A DNA stretch of 62,125 nucleotides, the filler included. It is 4 parts of 4 records of this genome, joined end to end, with 100 filler letters (N's around TTAATTAATTAA, not from the genome) between each part and the next. Parts side by side here need not be neighbours in the genome. Positions count along the whole stretch, not along the records: positions 1 to 22,892 come from SRR20825019_893; positions 22,993 to 38,442 come from SRR20825019_896; 2 more parts are not named here. The stretch is one strand, 5' to 3'. The notes beneath the pieces are model-generated. The model was not told the origin of the DNA, made no database searches, and saw nothing but the letters and a program-made list of their open reading frames with translations. Positions 21,852-33,644 of the stretch are shown in pieces (the stretch's first letter is position 1; each line of letters opens with the position of its first letter). Both the position numbers and the translations under genes were made by a program.

Positions 21852-22724
21852 CTATTTTTCTTCAAATTCTACCTCAAGAATATTGGCAGTCCCTTTTTTT
21901 CCTTCGTTGGAAATATAAATAGTCCCGTCTGGTGCAAATGTGATTCCTTCAGGTTGGGAAAAAGACTTTTTATGTAGTTTATGTAGTTTTATTGGCTTCC
22001 CAATACTATCTAAAATAAGTAACTGTGGGTTTTTTGCTTCCAAAACATAATAATTCCCATTTTTAGGATTTATACCAAGATCTGAAGGATAAAAATTACT
22101 GGATTTGTCTGCATCGTCATCTTGATCTTCGGATTGAAATACGCCATCATTCAAGGAAATTTTAATAATAGGTAAGGCTTTTGTGGTTTTGGTTTCAATA
22201 TTAAAAGCATAAATTCCTTTAAATGAATTACTATTTGGGTCTTTGTCTTTTACTGTAAAGAGAAGTCTTTGGTTAAGTGAATCCGCAACCAAAGATTCCA
22301 TATTATTTTTACCTGAAAAAGGTGTTTGGTACGGTGTAGTTTCAAAAGTTGGGCTTAAATAATTACTAACTTCAAAGATTTTCCCGCTACTTTCCATTAG
22401 GTATGCTGTACTATCTAGGACAGTAAGACCTTCATAATCGCCAGATTTTCCAAAATTTATTTTTTTCTCAACAAGTTCAGTGTCTAAATTATAGATAAAA
22501 ATAATGCCTTCTTCATCTTGAACGCAGGCAATTTTGTTTTTAGAAATCCAGCTAATTCCAGATATTTCATTTAATTCAACAGGCATATCCCACTTCCGGA
22601 TTATGGTGTAAGATTCTGCATCTAATCTTGGATTAATGGCAGGATTTTCAAAAGCATACCATAAAATTCCTACAAATGCTAAGACTCCAGTTATTATAAA
22701 AAAGGCGATTCTATTCTCGTTCAT
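21852..22724 (-). CDS. SdiA-regulated (YjiK-like) beta-propeller protein
   Basis: ELNEISG, GDYEG, QPEGITF, ISNEG motifs after an N-terminal anchor. Confidence 0.8.
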   Translation of the reverse strand: MNENRIAFFIITGVLAFVGILWYAFENPAINPRLDAESYTIIRKWDMPVELNEISGISWISKNKIACVQDEEGIIFIYNLDTELVEKKINFGKSGDYEGLTVLDSTAYLMESSGKIFEVSNYLSPTFETTPYQTPFSGKNNMESLVADSLNQRLLFTVKDKDPNSNSFKGIYAFNIETKTTKALPIIKISLNDGVFQSEDQDDDADKSSNFYPSDLGINPKNGNYYVLEAKNPQLLILDSIGKPIKLHKLHKKSFSQPEGITFAPDGTIYISNEGKKGTANILEVEFEEK

Positions 22725-22862
22725 AAAATTGATAATAAATGAATCGATAATTTAAGGGAATTAATAGTTCTTCCTACTTAAAAAAAACATAAAATATCGC
22801 GTTGTAGTTCTAGGTGTGTAGAAGATTAAACTAGAAGGCGAAAAATTTGTCTTAAAAACACG

Positions 22863-22890
22863 AAAGCCACTCAATTTCTTGAATGGCTTT
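22863..22890. terminator. Hairpin at contig end
   Basis: aaagccactcaa-tttc-ttgaatggcttt; the transcript it ends lies beyond the contig break. Confidence 0.55.
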
Positions 22891-22892
22891 GT

Positions 22893-22992
22893 NNNNNNNN
22901 NNNNNNNNNNNNNNNNNNNNNNNNNNNNNNNNNNNNTTAATTAATTAANNNNNNNNNNNNNNNNNNNNNNNNNNNNNNNNNNNNNNNNNNNN
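22893..22992. other. Artificial contig spacer
   Basis: 44 N + TTAATTAATTAA (stops in all frames) + 44 N; composition changes across it. Confidence 0.98.
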
Positions 22993-23645
22993 CTTCTTCT
23001 CCTCCTCCTTCTTCTCTTCCTCTTTCTTAGGCTCCTCCTTCTTCTCCTCCTCTTTCTGAGGCTCCTCCTTCTTGGAGCGAAGCTCGGGAATGTCCAAATA
23101 GTGGCCTGATCCACACTGCAGTGAGCACGGAATCTTGTGGACGATAGGAGGTGGTGCTGTCCCTCCGTTGCACACAGCAGGTGGCCGAAGGAACGGAATC
23201 AAAGTCCTGGTTTTAGACTACAAAATAAAATGAAGGTTAGACACTCTTCACTCACAGAGACATCAACAGTAGTATAAAGGATAATAAAGACTCAGGAAAC
23301 GAATGTTATCGGCAAAGCTAATGCTAGGATATATGCTTGTCATGTTTCGGACATCATAGTCGAGTGGAAAGAGAGAAAAACATATTCAAGAGGGCGGGGA
23401 AGACGAGCACATACCGCTTCGTCGCACGCCATGGGCAGCAGCCCTCCGTAGTCATTCCGCGTGCACTCGCGCGAGGATAGGCCGCCGTTGATGACAGACG
23501 TCAGCCTTGTGTGCAGAAAGTCGAACGACATCATTCCGCACATGGGATCCGCGCACTGATAGTCGAGCAGGTCCGGCGCGGCATGGGTGGACGTGCAACC
23601 CAGCACAAGCACCAGAAGCACAGGGAGAACTTTTCCTGGCCTCAT
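22993..23645 (-). CDS. Eukaryotic secreted/membrane Cys-rich protein, ELAPOR/KIAA1324-like N-terminus (3' truncated)
   Basis: ATG 23645, signal peptide; intron 23414-23218 (GTATGT...CTAAC...TAG); spliced ECTRNDY...CDEASKTRTL...VCNGG...PCSLQCGSGHYLD, then K/E repeats to the contig end. Confidence 0.6.
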
Positions 23646-24281
23646 CAAGCCTCCGTTCTGTGCACAGTGAGTTAACTTGCACATCCTAAAAGAAGTGGTT
23701 GGAAGGCATATATAGTGGTATAACTCTCGCACCAAGTTGTGTTGGTAGCCTTGGAATAAGGTTAAGGCGAATGCATGCCGGTTCACCTACGAGACGCAGT
23801 GTTGGCCTGGTGCCAACCAGTGATGATCAGAGCCGACTCGCGGAGGCACCGTGGCCCCGGGCTCCATTTTCATGGATGAGAACTTGTGGCGGGAAATGAC
23901 GGTGATCAATGATGCCAGCATTCGGATCAATGCCCGGACGACGGGCCACGGCTGCCCCCCCGCGGCCTCGCAGAGTTGGAACACCCACCGATATTATCCC
24001 CGATCCATGCTCAAGGTCGAGGGGGGGCTATCGTGCAATCGGGATAGATTATGGGGGGATCATGGCATTCGTGTGAAAACAGCGGCGGCCGGACGAACAG
24101 AGGTTTCTACGTTCGGCTCCGTGCCACCACTGCGGCCGTGTGCACGCCTAGTGCTAAGGCCTGTGGTGCGCCGCAAGTTGCGAGTGTGATGGGTCTGCAC
24201 GGCAACTAAACCCCTCGACTTGATCTCGAAGGGCAAACAACATCAGAGCGAGGTTGGAGAGAGTCTTTATTCTCAGTATGT

Positions 24282-25410
24282 TTACATTACGATGCAGTTG
24301 CAGCCAGCATTACCGGCGGGGACAGCCTCGGCGCCATGACCACCCTTGGCGGCAGCAGCAACCATCTGGCCACTGCCACCGAACTCCTTGGGGAGATCGA
24401 TGAACTTGGGCACGGCAGCGTTGCCGCAGTCACCCACGATCTTCTCCTTCCAGAAGATCTGGGCGCCATGGCGGGGTCCGTTCAGGCGCTGAGCGGGCAG
24501 CACAAGGAGGCCAAAGCCCTACAGACATGTCAGTATCAAACATTCCACAACGCCACGCGGCAGGAGTACATACATTGTAGTTTCCGATGCAGAGGTTGCA
24601 CTTCTTGCAGTGAACGGTCTTCAGGCCCTTCTTCTCGCCCTTTGCGGCCACGACCTCGGTCTCCTCAACGTTTCCGTCAATGTCGACGTCGGCAGGGTCG
24701 TATACACAGCCCTCGATGAGGGGCTGCTTGGATCCCATGCGGCACTCATTGCAGTGGCAGATGAAGCATCCCTTAGGGACACCCTTGGGGTTGACCTTAA
24801 CCTTACCGCACAGGCACTGGAAGGGCTGGGCAGCGAGACCAGTCTCGGGGGCGGGGAGGGGAGAGCTGCTACAGACGGGGTCAAACATTGCAAAAGGGCA
24901 GACGGTACCAGGCTTACCCATCGTCCATCTTGTCGGATCCGCCAAAGTCCTTGGGGACATCGCAGAACTTGGGGAGCTTGTCGGGGCAATCAACAACGCG
25001 CTCCTTGTAGAAAATGTGGGCCTTGGCAGCCTTGGAAGCGTCTACACCCTCGATGGTGGTCACGGGGAGGACAAACATACCGAATTTCTACGACAGGATG
25101 TGAGCACAGGAAAGAACAAGGAATACAGGAGGCATGGACTCACGTTGGAGTTTGCGAGGAATGTGTGGCACTTCTTGCAGGAGATGGTCTCCATCTTGCA
25201 GTCCTTTACGTTGGCCTTCTGGGTCTTTCCGTGGAACTTGAGGTCCTTCTCCTGGAAGGGCATGCCGAGGATGAAGGGCTGGCCGCTGATCTTGCGGCAC
25301 TCATTGCAGTGGCAGTAGAAGCAGCCAGCAGGCTCGCCCTTGATCTCAACGTAGCACTCGCCGCAGGGGCACTTCTTGGTGTTCTTTCCGGAAAGGGGCA
25401 GATCAGACAT
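24282..25410 (-). CDS. Tandem GFA/CENP-V zinc-binding domain protein with C-terminal CaaX
   Basis: Exons 25410-25144, 25087-24918, 24868-24574, 24518-24282 give 322 aa in frame; two CxCG...CHCxxCR...CxxC domains; ends GCNCIVM*. Confidence 0.85.
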
Positions 25411-26444
25411 GGTAGATAATTGTATGGGGTAACTGATCGGTGGGCGTTGGATATATATGGAGTGTCCGGAGGAGGCTGGCAGGAAGAACAACGCATTGAA
25501 GTCAGAGAGGGGGCTTTGCTGGGATCCTCCTCCAGGCCACGATCGGCAGCACAAGGAATCCGATCGGCCTGGGTCACGGCGGGCGGACTGGCCACACAGC
25601 CGAGAGTCGGCGGGCGGCCCTTGGGTCAGGGCCGGGATCGTGGGCGTCGAGAGCAATTCGTTTCTACGCAGGTAAAAACAAGGCGATCAATAGTACATCA
25701 TCGCCGGTCACGCTCGACAGGCTGGCGCCGGGCAGGCCCATGACCCGCCAGAGGCGCTCACTGCCCTGGGCGGCGGCCGCTCGTCCGAGGGCCGGCCAGC
25801 CCAGTCGGGCCGGCCAGATGAGGGCCCACTGGCGAGAGCCAACGGGATCGGAAATCGCGGAAATCGATCCGACCGGCGGTCGGGCGATCGACGGCGCCAG
25901 CGCAGGGGCCACCCGGGGGCGTGTGCGCCCGTCACGTGCCTTGGGACGGCGCAAGGCGTGCTAAGATTAGCAACACGACGCTCGAACGATTAAATTTCAA
26001 CCGCACATATATGCATAGAAATCTATGATTCCATATCAAGTTAATAATAGTCCACTCCTCATTTACAAACAGATTTTGGGCTGCGCGAGGCGCCCATGAG
26101 CCACAATAGCTGTGAGTCAAGGATGGCGCCGGAAACTGAAAGGCCGCGCCGAAGGAAGGTAGGAGCAGGGTCACCAGTACATGAACATTGTCCAGCTAGA
26201 CGAGTCCACGGCCCCAACAGCCCTCCTTCCACTCACCTTCCACCGGCTGCATCCTTCACGATCGACACATCGACCATCCCAAGGCTGTCGAACATGGACC
26301 AAATGTCACGGGTCGGGAGCTATGCTGGTTCTGGACATAAGTGGCAACACCAGGCTCGAGCACGATCACAGCCCAGGCTAGTTGCTGCGAGCCAAGGGAG
26401 TGCCTCAATAGCGGGGACGGTGTGCATTGGATGCTTTGCGGAAG

Positions 26445-28822
26445 CTACTTGCCCTCAGAGGAAAAGCTCTCGCGATATATAACCTGTTCAACGAGCTGGC
26501 AGTGAGGATAAAGGCGGCCCCCCACCTACAAGTACAGTCAGGACCATATTCGAACACATACGAGCCCGGTGGAGCATACCATCTTAATCAGGTCGTGCTT
26601 CAGGCGCTTCCTTTCATAGTCAGTCTGAGGAGGGTAGAACTCGTCGTCCTGTTGCTGCTGCAGGAAGTAGTACACGTTGTCGAAGCATTCCTCTCCGAGA
26701 ACCTTGATGGCCTCGCTGGAACCACGGTGTGAGACTAGGGGCTGCAGACACATGCAAAGATACCCACGTTTTCAAGGACTGGAGAATCCTATCGGTGAAG
26801 CTTTGGGGCTTCGGTTGCTGTGCTTGTGACTTTGGTGCCGCAGGAACCTCTTCATCAGACTACAAGGTGGGGTCAGAGACGATACCATACAGCGCACACA
26901 CTGTGAGGCTACCTCAAAGTCGTCCTCAAAGTCGTCCTCGTAGAACTCGTCCTCAAACGTCTTGTGGCCAGTGATCGGCCGTTCATCATGATTTACACGT
27001 GCCGATGATGATGGCCCGCTGTAAGGTTCGTGCTGCCTCTCCTCATAGTACTCCCTGCCAACGTATGGGGTCATCGGCGTGGCCGGCGTGGCTGGAGTCA
27101 CAGGGGTTGCCGGCAGACCAGGCCTGCCCCGGCCATAGTCCGTGGATGGACTCCGGCCATCACGATTCTGCCTCTGTGGAGTTTGGACATCGGAGAGAGG
27201 TGACCGCCCAGATCCTGATGTGAAGGCCATAGCCTCAGACCCTGTTGGAGTGAACTGCACTTTTGGGTCAGGGAGACAGGTCGGGTCACCGGATATAGGC
27301 CAAACCTCGGAATTCCTCCTCATCCTTGCCTCTTTCCGCTCATTGGCAGTCTCTTGTCGGACCTGAGCAAGCTGCTTCATGTACGCCTCCTGCTGCTCCT
27401 TCAGTTTTTGTTCCTTGCGACGCAGCACCTCCTCCCGGGTGCTGGGCCTCCTTTTCTCTTCCGTCGCCTCCGCATCTGCCTTCGCAGCGGCAGCCGATTC
27501 CTTGGCAAAACTTAGCTCGAAGCCACAAATTGGAAAGGGTGCATACCTTCTTCTGCTCCGTTTCAGCAGATTCCCCGTACATGCTCGGGGGCACGGTGAT
27601 ATTTAACCCTGGTCTGCTATCGCTCCCCTTCCCCGCACACAGATAGAGATATGGTCTCATCACCTCCAGGTCCTTGATCTCCGACAGCCTGAACAAGAGC
27701 AATTCAGATATGCACACGTCACACTCCGAAAGACGCTCTTACTTGGGTCGCTCTATGGGATCGCGCGAGAGCAGCAGCGAAACCAGATTATTCATGCCTT
27801 TGCTGTAAATGTCAGGAATCGGTGGGTAGTTGCCCTCGACGATTTGCCACGCCAAGCTGATGATGCTCTGTTGCAAGGACGGGTTAGACGCGCCGGGATA
27901 CCCAATCAATCAACGGCATACGTTTGCTTCAAAGGCGTGCTTGCGCGCACAAAGCTCATATAAAACGCATCCCAGCGCCCACACATCGGACTTTGCATTG
28001 TACTTTTTCCCTTGGCAGCACTCAGGGCTCATGTAATAAGGGGTACCGATGATTGTCTGCGCGAGCTCCTGCGAGTCCTCCAGTACCCGGGCGATACCAA
28101 AGTCGCCGAGCCTAAGATTATTTTCTTTCGTTATGAATATGTTCTGCAAGGCCGTCAGTCGCGCGCCACAAAAACTAACCTCGCCGCCATACCTGTGTCT
28201 TGAGGTCACGATGAAGAATCCGTTTGGAGTGGACATACTGTAAAGCAACAACCAGCTGCATGAACCACTCCAGGATTTTCTCTTCCGGAAGAGGGTCGTC
28301 CTTTGACTTCTTCAGCATTGTAGCCAGGTCGCCGTTGCTACAGTACTCCATGACAATGCATAGAATTTTGCAGTCGGTTCCGTCATGACCAGTAACCGTG
28401 TGTGTGAAGCTGTCATAGTACTTCACAACATAAGGGTGGTGCAGCTCCTTCAAAAGCTTGACCTGTCCCACATGTCTAAGACACACGGCAAACAAAGGGA
28501 GGCAGCCTGACACTCACCTCGTTCTCCACGGTTACGCGCTCCTTTTCGGATGCGATGGTCATGTTCACCTTCTTCATAACATAATACTCCACACCCCTGC
28601 TCTGGTATCGTGCCCTCACTACGCACGCAACCACACGTCAACGACCGTCCTGAAACACCATTGACGAGAACACTGACCCTTGTGGGCAGTTCCGAAGGCC
28701 CCTCTCCCAATCATTTCTACTTCTTCATATTGGTCCATTTTGCTCTCAACCTCCAATAACTCATCTCGGAATTCCTCTGCCCTGGCTTGGCGTTCAGACA
28801 GGCGTCTCTGATGGTCTGCCAT
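26445..28822 (-). CDS. NIMA-related (NEK) Ser/Thr protein kinase
   Basis: [48 protein letters not shown] across nine introns (28677-28619, 28517-28463, 28192-28144, 27921-27868, 27742-27689, 27546-27501, 26912-26860, 26767-26716, 26579-26526); possible tenth in-frame intron 27305-27255; coiled coil and C-terminal helical domain. Confidence 0.92.
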
Positions 28823-29920
28823 CGCCCTAATCTATGCCTGTATAACCAAACCCCCCAAAAGGGCAGCACTCGACTTGAACACTTTGAGACGTCATATTTC
28901 TACCGGAGGACGCTGGCACAACGGCCACAAGGCACGCCGCGTCTCCGAAGGCGCATGCACCTGGGAACCCGCGTGGGGAAGGGGGGCTCGACCGCAGGTT
29001 GCAGAACGTTCTTTCCGCGGCTCGCCCAGGGTCCGGCCGGCCACGCGCGCCGGGCTGCGCCTGGCCGCGGCCGCGGGCCCTGGGTGGCCGGGCGGCCAAC
29101 GACACACCACCGGCTGACCGGGCTGCCGGTGGGCCGGGCCGGTCTGATCAGCAGGCGACACGCGGCACTGTGTGCGCATGCGGGCTACGGTAGGCGCGAT
29201 TCCACCGGAAAGTTGAGCGGCCAAGCGCACCAACAGCAAAGTGTATCGGAAATTATGTTTCCGCAAGTTCAATTCTGAGAGAGACCTGTGTATAGCAGGA
29301 TTTCGCGTTTGAACGGATCACTGAGGCACTTTGAACTGGCGGCTTGGAGAGATCCAGCGAGATGTCACACGCTGGGTACGCTGCACCCACAGCCGTGACC
29401 TCGCAAATCAAACTCGTCAGTCTGGCTGGACGGCCGACGTCATGAAGAGCATGCGATTACGGACTCGGCCGCAGCCCCGGCCGGCCGCCGAGGCGGTTGG
29501 ACGGTTGCGTTCGTCACTGAGGACGCATCCGGCCCCGAGGCACAGGGAACTGAAACGAGCCAGCCGCTTCCCAAGTCTGGCGCGGTCGGGCACTCAGGCC
29601 GCGCGCATGACAATCACCTGGCCGGACCTGGGCGACCCATCCGGCAGGTCACAGTCCGTGCCCACCCGAGCCGCATGGCCGTGGCGGCAGGGCCTGCTAT
29701 GGCGGGCTTGGGATGGGACAACTCAATCCGGTACGGTGTTTGGGGTCACGTCAGCGACCCGGCCCACCGTAGTGAAGACCCATCCATTGCAGTCAGGTGG
29801 TTGTAGCAGATAGCGTACGCTTGCGCACATGGTATTGCTGACCCCTTCGCTCTGTTTCCACGGCATACCCGGGCCGTACTTACATATCAGCACCAGTGCT
29901 CTACAGGAATTATGCAAAAC

Positions 29921-31466
29921 ATGTCTTCCGACGAGGACGAGGAGAAGAGGATTTCCGACTGGAAGGACCAGCTGGCCCAAGAGATGTCCAGTGAAGATGA
30001 GGAAACCGGACATGGGGAGACAGCACGTGAGTCGGCTCGGGAGTCTGTGCGGGAGTCTGGCAGAGGGTCCTTCCGTGGTTCCCAGTCAGGACAGACCACA
30101 CAGAGAAGCAGTGTGGGACGCCAGGGTAGCACCAAGAGCATTGGGCGGCGTTCGTCGCATGAGTCCGAGCACCAGGGATACGAGGAGCCGGAGCCTGCAT
30201 CGCCGACAAAGAAGCATTTCAGGCCCCCAGCAAGAGACATGTCTCCTGTGAAAAGTGGCGGCCTGGGTTCTCTCCACGACCCTGACGTGCCTGCACTGAA
30301 GCAGCAGCTGCGCGAGGTGATCAAGAAGTGTGACGAGAAGGACAAGGAGCTTGCGAGGCTGAGGGATATGGAGATGGCACTGAAGGACATTGAGACCCTG
30401 GACACGTCGCAGCAGAGGGTAGTGGACCTGGCGAAAAGGGTGGGTGGAGTACTGGTGCCGCTTTGTAGTTTTCTGAAACGGGTGTGCCTTGCAGAACCGA
30501 AACCTCACTGTGGCTTTGGAAAAGGAAAGAACGAAGAATGCGAAGCTTGTCCAGGAGACTGTTGCTGCACGCGCTGACGCTGATGCGGTCAAGGCTGCCC
30601 ACTCCAAAGACAGAGTTGCTTCAAGGAAGAAAACCAGGAAGGATGACGATAGTGATGCCGGCGGCGGCAGCGGTGATCCCAAGGAAACTAGGGAGCTGAA
30701 GGTCCGAGTGGACGAACTGCAGCTGAAACTGGTGGAAGCTCGCACCGAGAACCACAAATTCAAGCAGGACTTGCAGAAGGCTCACAGGGCTCTTGTCAAG
30801 GAGGTTGGGGAGGACGTGCCTCTTTACAAGGTGCTTGACGAAGGGGCGGGGGGCTGGAAGGGACGGGCACAGCTTATTGCTATTCTTAAGAACAAAGTGA
30901 AGGAAGCTCAGAGGAGTGGGGGAGGAGCACAAACACAGCAGAGCGAGTACATCGATCCGGACGACTACAACAGAGATAACCTGGACGCCTTAAAGATGCA
31001 GAGGCAGACACAAATCCAGGACCTCCAGACTGCTCTTCGTCAGAAGGAGGAGGACATGAAGGACCTCAAGTTGAAGTCGGACGGGCTGCACTCGCGCATT
31101 ACCTCTCTCGCGAATGACAACAAGCGATTCCGCGACAAAATCAAGGTTCTGCTGGACAAGTCCAACAACGACGACGCCCTCATCAGCGCATTCAAGGAGG
31201 AAATCAGCAAGAGGAACGGGTCGAGCGCTGGCCAAAAGACCAACAGGTCCAGCGGGCCCAAGCTTGATGAATCCGAGCGCTATGAGCTTGACCGGCTGAA
31301 GCTGGTGACAAGGGAGCAGGAGGCACAAATTGATAGGCAGGAACAGATCGTGATGGCCCTGCGGGCGGAGCTTCAGAAACTTACGACCGGGCCGGATAAT
31401 GGAGGGGTCATGGCCGAACCCGCTCAACCTAGAACACAGAGACCGCACTTGAGAGTCAAGAAATAA
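29921..31466 (+). CDS. CCDC13-like coiled-coil protein (centriolar satellite/cilia)
   Basis: Intron 30440-30494; spliced RVVDLAKRNRNLTVALEKE and LVKEVGE...GWKGRAQLI resemble CCDC13 conserved blocks. Confidence 0.75.
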
Positions 31467-31490
31467 ACTTGCGATTGTCTGCACGGGCGT

Positions 31491-31979
31491 TTAGAGCTCC
31501 TTTTTGTCCTCCTCGGCCCCGGCGGCCGCGACCTCCTTATTGTGGATTTCGTTAAAGTGATCGAAGTTGCTATCGGCAACAAGCTGATACTCGTGCTCAT
31601 ATGTGTTGTGGAAATAGGCCATCCACTTCTCCAGCTTACCCAGCTCCTCCTCGCTAAGCTCCTTATGCTCAAAGCAGGCGTCTGTGAAGCAACCCTGGGC
31701 ATAGGCCATGGTGCCGTCCTTCCCCAGCACATGCTTGACAAACATCTGGTCTTTCCCAGCTGTCACATCGTATATCTAGCATAGTCATGAGCTTATCATT
31801 CAAGCCGTATGCTTACTAAGAGAAGACTTTACCTTCCCGCTGATGGCTATATATGCAGGCATGCCGTTCTGGCCATTGAACGTCGCAAGAGTGGACAGGC
31901 GCATGGGAGGGATGCCTTGAACCAGGACAGCAAGGGCTAAAACCCCAAGCCCCACAAACAACAAACTCTTCCTGTTCAT
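31491..31979 (-). CDS. Cytochrome b5-like heme/steroid-binding (MAPR-type) protein, ER-luminal
   Basis: Signal peptide, LATFNG..PAYIAISGK|IYDVTAGK...GKDGT, LSEEELGKLEKWMAYF; intron 31832-31776; ends KKEL*. Confidence 0.8.
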
Positions 31980-32740
31980 CCCACTGATACTCAACAAAGG
32001 CTAATGAATATTCACCGGGTTCATTTTCTTACTGTGGACGGCGGCTGCCGGCCGTGTCGCGATGCTGCCGGCGCTGCAGGTGGGGTTTCAATTTAGCGAC
32101 CTGCCCCATGCGTGTGGGGAAGCGAGTAAAACAACTCAGAAACGGCCGGCCGGCGCGGGTGCGCGCCGCCCCGCCCGCCGGCACCCCCGGCGCCCGGCGA
32201 GTCGGGCGGCCGCCGGCCCTCGGGCCGGCCACTCCGGGGTCCCTGGGACAGTCCCGGCAGCGGCGCGGCGGTCGGCCGGCCGCGCGGCCCCCCCACGGCA
32301 CGCACGGAGCCGGTCCCGTCGGCTCGTCACCGGCAGCACCCGGCGGCGGCGGCTCCGGCCCGGCGCGGCGGCCGGGGCCGCACTGAGCCGGGCCGTTGAG
32401 GATCAGTGATGATTGAGTGCCGGCGAGATATGAAACACTCGGATGTCGTACATCCGACATACTTACCTCATATTGCCGACGCTGGTGGTGGTTCTTGTTG
32501 CCGCCCGGCACTGCGTCACGGAGTGCGCGCCGGGCGGTGGGGCCCGGCTCCCAGCCGCCAGACTGATGAGACGACATTGCAGTAGTGCAGCTCAGCAGGC
32601 TGCAGGCAGTTGTGACCAACTTCAATGACGCACTGAGGCAGCCGGGCCGTTTGCACGTGCCTGGTGTTCTTCTATATGTTGCCGTCAACTGACCACAATT
32701 CTCCACCACCTGAAGAAGAGTGTCCGTGAGCTGCTACGAC

Positions 32741-33605
32741 ATGGCCGACAGCGACACAAGTAAGGACAGCATTTCAGTGAGCTCGGATGAAAACCACGGT
32801 GTTGGTGGGGACTTGAAGCCGGGCGGCGGCGCGCCCGCCAGAAAAGCAAGGCAGGTGACACCGAGCACAACAAGGCGGGAGCGGAAGGTGAAGAGGATGG
32901 AGGCGTTGAGGGAGTACCGGGCGATGAAGAAGGCAGAAAGAAAAGAAGCTAGAGCCAGCACCGGCCAGGGTGGCAATCTTGGTGGCGGGGGGGGCGAGGA
33001 GAGTTCTGGGGTTGCGGTCAAGTGCTTTACACCTACTCACGAGGCGCTACTGTTCCGCCTTGAGCTGGCGTTCCGGTTGTTCCTCGAAGAGGACACTGAG
33101 AGATTCTCGCTCCCCCGAGGGCTCACTGTGCACCAAGCGGAGCTCTTCAAAGCTGCGGCTGAGTACTATGGACTCAAGAAGAGGAAGCAGGTGTGTATTC
33201 CACGGGTATTGGAGTGTTGACCAGAAATACTGACGTTCGGCTGTGCAGGGCAGTGGCATGGGAAAGTATACCATCCTTGTCAAGACCAAACATACCGACA
33301 CCTCCAAACCCCAGGGAATGGACCCCTTCGCCCGTTACTACTCTAACAAGGATAAGCCTGCTAGTGCAAAGGAGGTGCCGAGAGAGGATTTGGCAGCACT
33401 GTCCGCCGGGCTCGGGGCGCCGGGCTCGGGGCCGCCAACACTAATGGACGGAGGAGGAGGGTTGGGGATGGATAGCCTTGCCGCGAAAATGATGCAGTCG
33501 ATGGGATGGCGCTCGGGGGAGGGCCTGGGCCGTGCCTCGCAGGGAATGGCCGAGCCCATCCTCCCGTCCGCACGACCTGACCGCAGCGGCATCGGGTGCC
33601 AATAG
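32741..33605 (+). CDS. G-patch protein with degenerate R3H domain
   Basis: Intron 33191-33248; G-patch SLAAKMMQSMGWRSGEGLGRASQGMAEPI...GIG; R3H-like AEYYGL...QGSG...LVKT. Confidence 0.8.
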
Positions 33606-33644
33606 GCATACCTAGAAACAGCTGCACTTGTATGACTGATGTGT

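Noticed and set aside
22937-22948. TTAATTAATTAA repeated three times in the window
   Set aside because: Always centred in identical N runs; an assembly linker.
32459-32640. U1 snRNA (ATACTTACCT start)
   Set aside because: No GAUCACGAAG loop, exact AUUGCAC loop or Sm site follows; better read as a minus-strand donor.
32029-32709. Arg/Pro/Gly/Ala-rich ORFs in the GC islands (also 28787-29813, 34681-35140, 37589-38413)
   Set aside because: Stop-poor low-complexity DNA open in several frames; no domain signal.
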